64,000 nucleotides of DNA, from NCBI GenBank assembly GCA_046757025.1, contig JBHHXN010000009.1, positions 1 to 64,000 of the forward strand, in the 5' to 3' direction. Made by a program: the position numbers and the translations under genes. Under the pieces are notes generated by a model, which saw only the letters and a list, made by a program, of their open reading frames with translations, was not told the DNA's origin and ran no database searches. Each line of letters begins with the position of its first letter. Position 1 is the first letter of the stretch. Source of the DNA: a bacterium (lineage in GTDB: Bacteria > Zhuqueibacterota > Zhuqueibacteria > Oceanimicrobiales > Oceanimicrobiaceae). Shown here piece by piece: positions 1 to 9,997 of this stretch.

Positions 1-213
1 TCAATCGAAAAGAGCTTTTATAAGTTCAAGCTGAGTTAACTGGATAACCGTATACTTTCCTCCTTTTGGTGTTATTTTGGCTAAAATTGCAATAACTCAT
101 TCTGATTTTTCTTCGGGGATCATTTCCTCCATAAAATATATATTTTAAAATTAAAAACGAGTTTATTTAGCAGCAATGAATATACAGGATTAGAATTATT
201 CATACAAGCGAAA

Positions 214-684
214 TCATGGCTCGGCGTCGATCACTTTGAGCTGGCATTTCACTTTATCTTTCAATGCATTCACCAGGGAGCCGAAAATCAAACGCGATAG
301 ACTGGAGCGCTTGCGCCGAGTAATGACGATCAAATCGGGATCTTCCAAACTGGCTAAACGCAGGGCTTCTTCCAGAACCGAACCGCTTTTAATGATCGAT
401 TTGATGGGGATATTCAGTTCTTTCGCGCGTTTTTCGATTTCTTCGATTTTTAACTCCGCTTGTAATTTATATTCTTTCAACAGCGAAGTATAAAGTTGTT
501 CGGATGGCTTGCCGCCAATCCAGCCTTCGTCGGTTAGTTTATGTACAATGTTATCGGCATAATCGATATCCAGGATAAAAACCACCAGCAGTTCGGCATT
601 CTGCGTTTTTGCCAGATTCATGGCTTCGTCGATGGTTTTTTTTGAACTTCTTAGAAATGAAATGATCAGCAATATTTTCTTCAT
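214..684 (-). CDS. Universal stress protein (UspA family)
   Basis: 156 aa; N-terminal KKILL, DLIVI..R and LIFGSLV motifs typical of USP. Confidence 0.85.
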   Translation of the reverse strand: MKKILLIISFLRSSKKTIDEAMNLAKTQNAELLVVFILDIDYADNIVHKLTDEGWIGGKPSEQLYTSLLKEYKLQAELKIEEIEKRAKELNIPIKSIIKSGSVLEEALRLASLEDPDLIVITRRKRSSLSRLIFGSLVNALKDKVKCQLKVIDAEP

Positions 685-692
685 TTTAAAAC

Positions 693-2096
693 CTAAAAAT
701 TAAATCCAATCAGCGGCCAGTAGTAAAAAAGGGATAAAGAAAATAAGATAATGGCAATGAGTTTTAATATCGTTCCTCCGAGAATGGTGTCTTTTAGGCT
801 CACGAATCCAGAGGAGTAGGCGATGGCGGTGGCCGGCGTGCCCATGGGCAGTTGGAACGCCAGACCCGATGGAATGGTCAGCGCCAACGTAACCACGCGC
901 GGATCAATGTTAAAATCGGAGGCCAAACCGAGGGCCAGGGGTAACAACAGGGCCACGGCGGCGGTGTTGCTGATGGCCTCGGTTAAAAACAGAGAGATGA
1001 TTACCAGCGATATGAGTAGCGAGCCGGAAGAGTGCACGAAATAGCCAAACGACTTTGCCGCCAGCCAGTGGGCGGCCCCAGTCAGGTCCATGGCAAATCC
1101 CAGGCAAATGGCACCACCGTACATCAGAAAAATACCCCAGTTTACATCTTCTTCCACTTCCTTCCAGTCCAAAAGCTGAAACACAAAGGCGATGACTACG
1201 GACGCGATGGCGATGTTTGCCAGCCCGAATTTTTCACCCCAGAAAATCCAGGCAAAAATGGTGAACCCCATCAGGACACCGATTAATTTTTCTCGCCTGG
1301 TTACGTGGCCCATGCGTAGCTGCTTTCTTTTCAGCACGTTTTGCGCTTGCTGAATATTTTTGATTTCTGGCGCGAACATTTTGATCAGTACAAAATAACC
1401 GACCACCAGCATGATTATTACGGTCGGCAGGGCCGCTAGTGCCCAGTGCATGAAGTCGATACGGAGGCCGGTGTTTTGATGCAAAATACCGATGGCCAGG
1501 GGAGCTCGAGCGCCGCCTAAAAAAGTGGCAATTCCGCCGATGATGCAGCCCCAGGTCATGGATAAAAATAAACCGGCGCCGTAGCGGCTTTTCATGGGCG
1601 TTAACTTTAATGCATCCACCACCTCCAGGACAATGGGAAACATCATGGCGGCCACGGCGTGTTCCGACATCCAGAAAGATAAAAACGCCGACAAACATAA
1701 AAAGCTAAGCATTAAGAAATTCGGAGATTTACCAAAATGTCTCAGAGTTAAAAGCGCTATTCGGGTGCTGAGGCCGGAACGCATGATTCCAGATGCTAAG
1801 ATAAATGCGCCCAGGATGAAGAAAATGGCCTCGTTGCCAAAAAGAGCATACGATTCAGTAGTCGTCAAAACGCCGGTAATGGGAAACAAGATCACGGCCA
1901 GCAGACTGGTGATCATGAGTGGCAGGGCGTGCGTCACCCAGAGAAAAATCGACACGAGAAAGATAGCCAGAGCTTTTTGCCCTTGAGGCGTGAGACCGGC
2001 CGGAGTCGGCAGATTCACGATAAATATGAACACCAGCAAACTCACGATAATGACACTCGGTCGAAAGAGTTTTCGAATTTCTAAATTCAAGAACAA
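693..2096 (-). CDS. SLC13/DASS family Na+:dicarboxylate/sulfate symporter
   Basis: 467 aa polytopic membrane protein; SNTAA and LPMGTPATAI motifs. Confidence 0.88.
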   Translation of the reverse strand: MFLNLEIRKLFRPSVIIVSLLVFIFIVNLPTPAGLTPQGQKALAIFLVSIFLWVTHALPLMITSLLAVILFPITGVLTTTESYALFGNEAIFFILGAFILASGIMRSGLSTRIALLTLRHFGKSPNFLMLSFLCLSAFLSFWMSEHAVAAMMFPIVLEVVDALKLTPMKSRYGAGLFLSMTWGCIIGGIATFLGGARAPLAIGILHQNTGLRIDFMHWALAALPTVIIMLVVGYFVLIKMFAPEIKNIQQAQNVLKRKQLRMGHVTRREKLIGVLMGFTIFAWIFWGEKFGLANIAIASVVIAFVFQLLDWKEVEEDVNWGIFLMYGGAICLGFAMDLTGAAHWLAAKSFGYFVHSSGSLLISLVIISLFLTEAISNTAAVALLLPLALGLASDFNIDPRVVTLALTIPSGLAFQLPMGTPATAIAYSSGFVSLKDTILGGTILKLIAIILFSLSLFYYWPLIGFNF

Positions 2097-2138
2097 GCCT
2101 CGCTATAATTGGTTGAATCGAGCTGCTGAATATTTCGA

Positions 2139-2975
2139 CTACGACCAGTCAATGAATTGCTTGCGGGTCGCGGGCTGGCATTGCGGACAAAAAAACGCAT
2201 CAAATCCCAGAACCCCAGCACGGCGGATGGTGGCGCCGCAGCGGGGACAGGGTTGATCTTTGCGATTGCGCACTTTGAGATGCTCCCGCACTTTCACTTC
2301 GATGGGTTGGCCGGCCTTCTCTACTTCGGCAATGCCCCAGGTCATGACTTTTTTGATGCTTTCAAATAAACGCTTTATTTCAATTTCTGTTAATTTATAG
2401 CAAAATGTTTTGGGGTGAAGCCCCGCGTCAAATAAAATTTCATCCGCGTAGGCGTTGCCGATAGCGCTGAGGGCGGTTTGGTCCATCAAAAAAACCCGCA
2501 CCTGTTTTCTGGAAGAAGAAATAAGCGCTTGAAAACATTCAAATGTAAAGCGTCCGCTCTGAATATTCACTCCCTGAGATAAATACCTGGGAATGGCTTG
2601 ATAATCTCTGCGCTGAATCAGATACACTTTGCCCATCTTTTTGTCGTCCAAGTAAAATAAGTGGTAACCGTCCGCAAAAGTCAAATTAAGGCACAATCCC
2701 CTGCCGGGATGTTTTGTTTCATCAGAGATTTTTAGCCGGCCTGCCAGCATGGGATGAATCACCAATTCAAAACCGTTGTCCAGCTCGAACCCCAAAAATG
2801 GACCGTGCCGGTAAACATTTTGAAAACGGGCATTTTTGAGTAGATGTTCAACGGAGGCCGGCGCCAGGATCCGGAACACCACGGGTTCGTGAATCTTGAC
2901 TTCGACAATATTTTTGCCTGGGAGAAAGGCGTGTAGTTTTTTGTGTATGTAAACTAAATCTGGTAACTCCGGCAT
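2139..2975 (-). CDS. Fpg/Nei family DNA glycosylase/AP lyase
   Basis: N-terminal MPELPD, H2TH motif IGNAYADEILF, C-terminal zinc finger CPRC...CPQC. Confidence 0.9.
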   Translation of the reverse strand: MPELPDLVYIHKKLHAFLPGKNIVEVKIHEPVVFRILAPASVEHLLKNARFQNVYRHGPFLGFELDNGFELVIHPMLAGRLKISDETKHPGRGLCLNLTFADGYHLFYLDDKKMGKVYLIQRRDYQAIPRYLSQGVNIQSGRFTFECFQALISSSRKQVRVFLMDQTALSAIGNAYADEILFDAGLHPKTFCYKLTEIEIKRLFESIKKVMTWGIAEVEKAGQPIEVKVREHLKVRNRKDQPCPRCGATIRRAGVLGFDAFFCPQCQPATRKQFIDWS

Positions 2976-2984
2976 AATCTTGCC

Positions 2985-3908
2985 TCAGGCCAATTTTAAT
3001 ATTCGAGCTATGTTACCACCAAAAATTTCGGCCTTTTCTCTGGAGGATATTTGCAGCGATTCCAGAATTTGCAATTGCGTTTCGTAAATGTCGTTGCGCC
3101 AACCGCGGGGGAAAGAAGAAGAATCCGTCCCGAACAGTAGTCGCTGCGCGCCCAAAGTTTGCAACGATTGCTGGAAAACTTCCTTCAGCGTTAACGGCGG
3201 TTGAATCCAGGAGTTGGAGCTAGCGGTGTCAAAATAAATATTAGGGAATTCACTAGCCAACTGCAGCGCTTCTTCAAACAGACCACAGCCGAAATGGGGA
3301 ATGATAAAATTTACTTCGGGAAATTCCCGAGCTGTTTTTTTCAAATCGCCAGGTTGTGCATACTCCTGCTTGATATTTTCAGGAAGGCCTAATTTTTCGT
3401 AAATGGGAATTTTGAGCTGGCCAAAATGAATGAACACAGGGACTTCTGCGGCGGCGGCTTCTTCATAAAGGGTTACCAATTTTTTGTCTGAAACATGAAA
3501 ATGGTGCATGGCCGGAAACAGAAGAATTCCTTTCATATTTAAAATATTCAGCGAATAGAGGGTTTGCTCGCGCGCGTTTTTTTGTTTCGGATCGATCAGG
3601 ACGTAGCCGATCAGGCGGTCGGGATACGCCTGGACTGCCGCAGACAAAAATTCGGCGTCGTTTAATTTACTGGCGAACAGCACTTGGCGACGCACGCCGT
3701 ATTGGTCCTGCTCTTCAACCCACTTTTTTCCCAATTCATCGGGTGCTTGTGGCGGGGCTTCCCAGCTGAGCTTTTGAGCTAAGGCTTCTACACTGTCCAG
3801 GTGAGTACCATGCGATCGAGCCAATTGTTGAAAATGCTCCAGCCACGTGTAGGAAAAAAAATGTGTGTGTGCATCGATAATTTCAAATTTGCGAGTTTGC
3901 CTGACCAA
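2985..3908 (-). CDS. Amidohydrolase_2 family metal-dependent hydrolase
   Basis: IIDAHTH, FIHFG, PHFG and LLFGTD motifs. Confidence 0.85.
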   Translation of the reverse strand: MVRQTRKFEIIDAHTHFFSYTWLEHFQQLARSHGTHLDSVEALAQKLSWEAPPQAPDELGKKWVEEQDQYGVRRQVLFASKLNDAEFLSAAVQAYPDRLIGYVLIDPKQKNAREQTLYSLNILNMKGILLFPAMHHFHVSDKKLVTLYEEAAAAEVPVFIHFGQLKIPIYEKLGLPENIKQEYAQPGDLKKTAREFPEVNFIIPHFGCGLFEEALQLASEFPNIYFDTASSNSWIQPPLTLKEVFQQSLQTLGAQRLLFGTDSSSFPRGWRNDIYETQLQILESLQISSREKAEIFGGNIARILKLA

Positions 3909-4017
3909 ATCCTTTGCATCTCCTTTCTGTCATGGCTTTTGAAATTGAGTCATCAATATAATCAATTAAGAAGTGTGCATCAAGCAGATTCATTCCTCCC
4001 GTAATTTTTCTATCAAA

Positions 4018-5052
4018 TCACCGGTTAAAGTGAACAGACAATTCGTCGAGGCTGCGGGAATTCAACGTGTGCCAGAATAAAATATTCTGGTGTTTAAAGT
4101 GGGCTTGCTGGCACAGGGCTAAGAGGGCCGCAAACGTTTTTCCTGTGTAGGTGGAATCCAGAGTCAACCCTTCCTGTGCCTGCAGGAGCTCGATGCTTTT
4201 TTCAGCCTGCGGCGTGGGCTGACTGTAGCCTTTGCCAGCGAATTTATGAAGGATGTGAATATTTTCTCCCCAATTTTTATTGAGATCCTTTTCTGGATGG
4301 GCTTTCTGTAAAAGCCTGACGGATTTTTTGAGCAAACGGTTGACATTAAAACGGTTTGCCACGATACGATCCACAACCCGCACGGCAAAGACTTTTGTCG
4401 GCCAACCGATCAGGTTCAAACCGAGGGACAGGCCGGCCGCGGTACCGCCGCTGCCCAAGGGACAAAAGAGACCGTCCGGTCGGGGCAGACAACCACTGGC
4501 AACTTGTTGTTGCAGCTCCAGGACCGCATTGACCCAGCCGAGAATGGTTAACGGCGAGACCCCCGCCGGCGGCATTTGATAAACGCGCTGTTTTTTTCGC
4601 TCCTTGCGCAAGTGGAAATAATAAAGAAAAGGAAAACTCAACAGCGATTTTGCTGTTAACACCCTGTTGGCTAACCGCTCAATCGCTTGTAAATTTTTCT
4701 TTTTAATGGTGTCCATAGGAAACGGCATAAAAATGACATCGGTGGGAATTTGCAGCGAGCGCGCATAAACCACGCAAGCCAGTGGCCAGTTTGAGCCGAT
4801 GGCGCTGTAAGTCACGATGAGCTCGGCTTTTTTTTGTTGCGCCTCTGCTAAACTAAATTCCAGCGTGCGTACTTTGTTGCCCCCGTATAACTCACCGCTC
4901 AAGTCATCGCGTTTTATCCAGAGATTTTCCTTGCCTAACTGTTGGCCCAGATTTGACAACCGCTGCACCGGGGTTGGAAATTCCCCCAGTGAAATCCACG
5001 GTGCCAATTTGCGCAAAGCTGGAAATTTCTGGAAGAGCAGCAAATCGTTCAT
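4018..5052 (-). CDS. PLP-dependent D-cysteine desulfhydrase / ACC deaminase family enzyme
   Basis: PTPVQ, IKRDD, YGGNKVR (PLP Lys), GSGGTAAG, LDSTYTGK; start moved to ATG 5052 because the longer ORF overlaps the alsT-like gene. Confidence 0.85.
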   Translation of the reverse strand: MNDLLLFQKFPALRKLAPWISLGEFPTPVQRLSNLGQQLGKENLWIKRDDLSGELYGGNKVRTLEFSLAEAQQKKAELIVTYSAIGSNWPLACVVYARSLQIPTDVIFMPFPMDTIKKKNLQAIERLANRVLTAKSLLSFPFLYYFHLRKERKKQRVYQMPPAGVSPLTILGWVNAVLELQQQVASGCLPRPDGLFCPLGSGGTAAGLSLGLNLIGWPTKVFAVRVVDRIVANRFNVNRLLKKSVRLLQKAHPEKDLNKNWGENIHILHKFAGKGYSQPTPQAEKSIELLQAQEGLTLDSTYTGKTFAALLALCQQAHFKHQNILFWHTLNSRSLDELSVHFNR

Positions 5053-5072
5053 GACCTGGATAAATAAATCTG

Positions 5073-6395
5073 TTATGAGCGGAATTTTTCGAAGGTTAAT
5101 TTCGCCACCACCGGACTCAAAGCGACGATGCCCACGAGATTGATGAGCACGGTGATGCCGTTCAGCAAATCTCCCCAGCTCCAGATATTTTCTGCGTTGC
5201 TGGTGGCGCCGATCAGAATGGCCGTACAAAACAACCATTTGTAATAGACTTTTGCGCGGTCTCCAAAAATAAAGGCTGCGCACTGTTCGCCGTAAAAACA
5301 CCAGGCAATTAATGTGGAGTACCCAAACAATAGGGAGGAGCCGAGCACGATCCAGTTGCCGAATGACAGTCCCGTTTTAAAACTTTCCGAGGCCAGCGCC
5401 GTGCTGTTCAGACCGCCGGTCCAAACATCGGCGGTCAGAATCACCAGTGCCGTGACGGTGCAAACGATGATGGTGTCGATAAAAACCCCCAGCATGGAAA
5501 TGAGCGACTGGTTGACGGCGCTTTGCGATTTTGCAGTGGCGTGCATGATGGCCACTGAACCGGTGCCGGCTTCGTTGCTGTATGCGCCTCTGGCCGCGCC
5601 GTAACGCAGCGCCATCATAACATTGGCGCCGGCAAATCCGCCAACCGCGCCATGTGTAGTAAAAGCATAGCGCACGATTTCTGTGAACGCTGCCGGTATT
5701 CTGTCAAAATGCAGAGCGATGACGATGAAACCCGCCGCCAGGTAAGCCACGGTCATGAAAGGCGTCAGCACTTGTGCGGTTCTGGCGATGGACCGGATGC
5801 CGCCGATGACCACTATCCAGGTCAGACCGGCGATCACCAGGCAGGAAATCAGTTGTGGAATTTGAAATTGGTTGTGCAGGGCAATGGACATGGAATTCGA
5901 TTGAATGGAAGTGGTGGCCAGCAAAGTTTTAAGAGACATGGCAACGGCAAACAGAACCGCCAGCCATTTCCAGCCCAGACCTTGCTGAATGTAAACCATC
6001 GGCCCACCGAGAAAAGTCCCGTCGGCGTCTTTTTCCCGAAACTCAAAACCGAGCAAAGATTCCGAATACATGGTTGCCATGAGAATCAGCGCGGACACCC
6101 ACATCCAGAAAACCGCGCCCGGACCGCCAATCACAATGGCTGTAGCCACACCCGCGATGTTGCCGTTGCCGACGATCCCCGACAAAGCGGACATCAGAGC
6201 CTGGTAGGGCGTGATGTCTCCTTCGCCTGTGGATTTTCGGGAACTCCACAATAATTTCACCGCCGACTTGAATTGAGAAAACTGCACACCTTTCAACCGC
6301 AATGAAAAATAGATACCGCTACCGAGTATGAAGACCAGCATTTGTGGCCCCCAAAGGAAATCCGCTATCTGTCGCACGATCTGAAAGAAACCCAT
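5073..6395 (-). CDS. Alanine/glycine:cation symporter (AlsT/AgcS family)
   Basis: GNGNIAGVA, GGPGAVFWMW, GGPMVYI and SNEAGTGS motifs. Confidence 0.93.
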   Translation of the reverse strand: MGFFQIVRQIADFLWGPQMLVFILGSGIYFSLRLKGVQFSQFKSAVKLLWSSRKSTGEGDITPYQALMSALSGIVGNGNIAGVATAIVIGGPGAVFWMWVSALILMATMYSESLLGFEFREKDADGTFLGGPMVYIQQGLGWKWLAVLFAVAMSLKTLLATTSIQSNSMSIALHNQFQIPQLISCLVIAGLTWIVVIGGIRSIARTAQVLTPFMTVAYLAAGFIVIALHFDRIPAAFTEIVRYAFTTHGAVGGFAGANVMMALRYGAARGAYSNEAGTGSVAIMHATAKSQSAVNQSLISMLGVFIDTIIVCTVTALVILTADVWTGGLNSTALASESFKTGLSFGNWIVLGSSLLFGYSTLIAWCFYGEQCAAFIFGDRAKVYYKWLFCTAILIGATSNAENIWSWGDLLNGITVLINLVGIVALSPVVAKLTFEKFRS

Positions 6396-6467
6396 TTCAT
6401 GGACCCCATTAGTTTAAAATTAGTTTGATTTCGCTTTCGCCGATTGGTTTTGCTGGTTGGCTGTTCC

Positions 6468-6502
6468 AAAACCCTCCAGGTCTCTGAGACCTGGAAGGTC
6501 TT
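6468..6502. repeat. Palindromic REP-like hairpin / possible terminator
   Basis: cctccaggtctctgagacctggaagg inverted repeat directly after the FAD-oxidase stop codon. Confidence 0.55.
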
Positions 6503-6504
6503 AT

Positions 6505-7938
6505 TCACACTGGCCATTTGCCGGGATTCATGATGCCATTTGGATCGAGCAGCTGCCTGACTTTTCCCAGAAGATTTAAAAAGACCGGATCGATTTTATC
6601 GCGATGACGGTGGACTACCCAGGGCGGAGTTTTATAGGGAAAGAAGCCCAATTCTATAACCAGGTCGCTCAGGTCTTCATTTAATCGTTTGACTTTTTTT
6701 ACCCTTTCTTTATCTGATTTGTCAAAAACCGCGATAAATCTCAAAACTCCAAAGTGCCCGCCACGCATGGGTCTCGTGACAACGATGGGTGGGAAACCCT
6801 GCTCTTCCATCAACTGCATACCCTGTTTAACGCCGGTTTTCCACTGGGAAATCGGACCATACGTACCGATCCAGGTCAGTCCCCCGAGTTCCATTAGAAA
6901 ATCGAGATCGGCTGGAAAGTCCGCAAATTTCTCAAAACGGGGCGCGATTTGCACCAATTTTTTCACTTCTAAAGGCGACTCCAGGTGTACGCCCTTTTTT
7001 TTCTGCTGGTTCACCAGTCGCTCGATAATTGCTAATTTCACTTGGAACAAATCTTCATATTCGGCTGAAACATCCAGATACAGAAACTGCTCGGGTTCGT
7101 CGGGATCGCGATACAGCGGGTTCAGATTACCGAAGAGCATTTTTCCAACGGGCCACGACAGGCCGCCGATGTCGTCGCACACTTCCGAACGCACCAGCAA
7201 ATTGATAAAATTATACATGTTATCGGTGTCGTAGGCCAACACAAAAATACGTTTACGGAAGGGATGGTTGGGCCAGAGCTGTACCGCGAGCTTGGTGACG
7301 ATGCCGGTGGTTCCGTGGAAATTCACAAACAAACCCATTAGATCCGGCATGGGCGATCGCGTGCACCAGTTGAGGCTGGCCGCGCCGATGCCGGTACGGA
7401 CGACCTCTCCCGTTGGCAAAACCGCTTCCAGGCTGTTGATCCACTGAGCGGTGGCACCGTGTTTTAAACTCAAATTTGAAAGTCCATCCATCAAACAATT
7501 GGCCATGATCGAAGTGTCCGGTGGCGAAAGAGAGTAACCGAATCGCAGTGACGGGTGATTTTGCGCGAGATGCGTTTTCATATCCATCCAGGTCACACCG
7601 GGTTCGATAACCGCGTACATGTCGGTTTCGTTGGTTTCGACGATGCGATTCATCTCGGTCATGTCAACCACCACACCGCCTTTTTCCGGAATCGCCAATC
7701 CGCCGATGTTGGAATTAGCCACTCTGGGGACCACGGGGGTTTGGTGGGTTTGCGCGGTTTTCAAGATCCATTGCACGTCAGGAGTCGAGTGGGCTTTTAC
7801 CACCACGTCGGGCAGGTGGCCGGGAATTTCGGTCCAGTCGTCGGCATATTCAAGTAGAATATTTTTTTCATCGAATACGTTTTCGCTGCCCAATTCATTT
7901 TTTAACTGGACGATTATTTGCTTTGCGTCTGCGGTCAT
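6505..7938 (-). CDS. FAD-linked oxidoreductase (GlcD/VAO family)
   Basis: PDVVVK, VEPGV-like, GTTGIVT and C-terminal LDPNGIMNPGK motifs. Confidence 0.88.
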   Translation of the reverse strand: MTADAKQIIVQLKNELGSENVFDEKNILLEYADDWTEIPGHLPDVVVKAHSTPDVQWILKTAQTHQTPVVPRVANSNIGGLAIPEKGGVVVDMTEMNRIVETNETDMYAVIEPGVTWMDMKTHLAQNHPSLRFGYSLSPPDTSIMANCLMDGLSNLSLKHGATAQWINSLEAVLPTGEVVRTGIGAASLNWCTRSPMPDLMGLFVNFHGTTGIVTKLAVQLWPNHPFRKRIFVLAYDTDNMYNFINLLVRSEVCDDIGGLSWPVGKMLFGNLNPLYRDPDEPEQFLYLDVSAEYEDLFQVKLAIIERLVNQQKKKGVHLESPLEVKKLVQIAPRFEKFADFPADLDFLMELGGLTWIGTYGPISQWKTGVKQGMQLMEEQGFPPIVVTRPMRGGHFGVLRFIAVFDKSDKERVKKVKRLNEDLSDLVIELGFFPYKTPPWVVHRHRDKIDPVFLNLLGKVRQLLDPNGIMNPGKWPV

Positions 7939-8231
7939 GATTCCTTAGGGTTTAGTTTTTACTCCGATCAATTAAATATTAATGCCACCCCTTTTGCCCA
8001 AATGACCCATAAGGTAACCTTCATTAAATTCGTACTCAGAACTCCCGGGCAAGGCTCATTGTGATCACTTTGTGGTGATTTACACGATAAGAATTTCCAT
8101 CGTGTTCATCCAGTAAATCTTGTCAATCCTGTCAAAAAACAATGGTATATTTGAGCAGGATACCCACCGTATTCAACCTAAAGCCGGAATTTTCTGTTTT
8201 ATTTTAAAAACGACTTCAAAGAATTCCGGCA

Positions 8232-8606
8232 TTAATTTGCACGTAAAACCTTCATCAATTTGAGCAGCAGAAAAAAATTGCCGCTGATCCTGATTTTTCC
8301 GGTAAAGATGAATTTCAAATAATGATTTCCCAGTGCGATGTCGAGCAGCGTGTTCAGATCGCCTTTAATTTTTGCATGATATTTCAGGTCGTTTCCCGAA
8401 GCCACTTCGATGGACTGGCCTGAAAAAATCAGCCGTGTTTTCATGCCGCTGGCCTCGAATAAAAAGGCGCCCCTCAAAGCCTGGGCAGCGGTTTGACCTG
8501 CCCGGGTTTTTAAGTTGGTCCGTAATAGATCTCGCAGAAAATAACCCATTAGATTTACTTTTTCAGCATCTCTGAATCGAACTTCCATGGTCGTGTTGTC
8601 ATTCAT
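8232..8606 (-). CDS. SCP2 sterol-carrier-like lipid-binding domain protein
   Basis: C-terminal FTGKIRISGN..LLKL pattern typical of SCP2; start placed at ATG 8606, just after the upstream gene stop. Confidence 0.65.
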   Translation of the reverse strand: MNDNTTMEVRFRDAEKVNLMGYFLRDLLRTNLKTRAGQTAAQALRGAFLFEASGMKTRLIFSGQSIEVASGNDLKYHAKIKGDLNTLLDIALGNHYLKFIFTGKIRISGNFFLLLKLMKVLRAN

Positions 8607-8608
8607 TG

Positions 8609-9589
8609 CTAAATGTAGTCGTACTCTTTCAGCCACTCAAAGGTTTTTTTAAACGAGACCTCCAAAGGTGTGGTAGTGTATCCCAACTCGCGTCGGGCTT
8701 TGTCTGAGCTCACGTAATGGGTGATGGTTGTCATGCGTGCGACCCCTGAGGAGATGGCCGGATTAAATCTGAATAATTGGCCGGCGCCTTCAGCCAGATA
8801 TCCCGCAACCAGCAACAAAAAATAGGGCATTTTGAACTTCGGCGGTTTTTGTCCAGCCAATTCGGTCGCTTTTGTGATAAAGTCTTTGTAGCTGATATTC
8901 TGGTTGGATAAAATATATCTCTCACCGATTTGCCCTTTGGCCATGGCTAAAAGGTGCCCTTCGACTACATCATCCACGTCAACTACGCTTATGCCGCCGC
9001 TGAGGTAAAAATACATCTTTCCCTGTGCAGCCAGGACCAGAAATTTGTTAAGGCCGGGTTTTTTATTCCAGGGCCCAAAAACATAACCGGGATTGACCAC
9101 TACCGCCGGCAAACCGGATTTGCAGTATTCCAGAATTTTATCCTCGCCGGCCTTTTTTGTGTCGATATACGGCAGCTTTAATTCTCCGAGATTAAACTCG
9201 CTTTCTTCGGTGGCCGGATTCTCTTCCGTGCCAAACCCTATCGCAGCGATGGAGGAAGTATAAACGAGTTTCTCAACGCCTTCTTCTAAAGCGGCCAGAG
9301 CAACATTGTCGCTACCCACAACATTGGTTTTCACGAAACGATTTCGTTCGAAAGGCGCTATTTTCAACAATGCCGCCAAGTGATAAACGCGCTTGCAGCC
9401 CTTAACGGCTTTGCGCACGGTTTCGTAGTCTCTGATGTCGCCCAGATACTCTTCGATGTCTAAATTTTCCAGACCCAGCATATTGCTCCACTCGCGCCGT
9501 AGGATACGTACGGATTCACCGCGTTCCACAAGTTTACGCACCAGATTGGTTCCAATAAATCCAGTTGCGCCTGTAACAAGTGTCAACAT
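8609..9589 (-). CDS. Extended SDR, NAD-dependent epimerase/dehydratase (HpnA / dihydroflavonol reductase / 3-beta-HSD-like)
   Basis: TGATGFIG, YTSS, YIDTK (YxxxK), VNPGYVFGP and GHLLA...GERYIL. Confidence 0.88.
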   Translation of the reverse strand: MLTLVTGATGFIGTNLVRKLVERGESVRILRREWSNMLGLENLDIEEYLGDIRDYETVRKAVKGCKRVYHLAALLKIAPFERNRFVKTNVVGSDNVALAALEEGVEKLVYTSSIAAIGFGTEENPATEESEFNLGELKLPYIDTKKAGEDKILEYCKSGLPAVVVNPGYVFGPWNKKPGLNKFLVLAAQGKMYFYLSGGISVVDVDDVVEGHLLAMAKGQIGERYILSNQNISYKDFITKATELAGQKPPKFKMPYFLLLVAGYLAEGAGQLFRFNPAISSGVARMTTITHYVSSDKARRELGYTTTPLEVSFKKTFEWLKEYDYI

Positions 9590-9799
9590 AGTTAAAATAT
9601 TTTGTTTCGCGATTTGAATTTGAAGATGGGCCAGAATAATGTTGAATTAAAATAAGCATAAGCAACTGATTTGTCAAGTATTTTCAGCACAAAAAGTATC
9701 TCTGGTTTCAACGGGAATACACGTACCGGAGGATTTAACAAATAACAACTCGTTGCGGAGGGTGGTAAATTTGATTGAGGGTAAAAATTCAATTTCAAA

Positions 9800-9867
9800 T
9801 TGTCATAATGACGATTGCTTTTTTCAGTTCCGTGACCGATTTCCGGAGATTGCGCTCAGAATGACAA
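9800..9867. repeat. Degenerate REP-like palindrome
   Basis: ttgtcat...tgcgctcagaatgacaa ends; resembles segments at 38179 and 59906. Confidence 0.45.
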
Positions 9868-9911
9868 CCACGGCTGAATAGATGCGTTTCAGGTGATTTA
9901 ATTCTTTAAAT

Positions 9912-9941
9912 AAAAAAGCGTTGAAAAACTTCAACGCTTTA
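9912..9941 (-). terminator. Rho-independent terminator after lolA
   Basis: aaaaaagcgttgaa-aaac-ttcaacgctttt hairpin with A/T tails. Confidence 0.75.
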
Positions 9942-9997
9942 CAAATTACTGCTTCAAAATTAAAAAGGTGACTAATCATTCGCAAGGTCTGCGGATA

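Noticed and set aside
5053..5301. N-terminal extension of the 427-aa ORF 4018..5301
   Set aside because: Overlaps the alsT-like gene in another frame; family similarity starts at Met 5052
9592..9798. 68-aa ORF upstream of the SDR
   Set aside because: TTG start, no clear RBS, spans promoter-like AT-rich DNA
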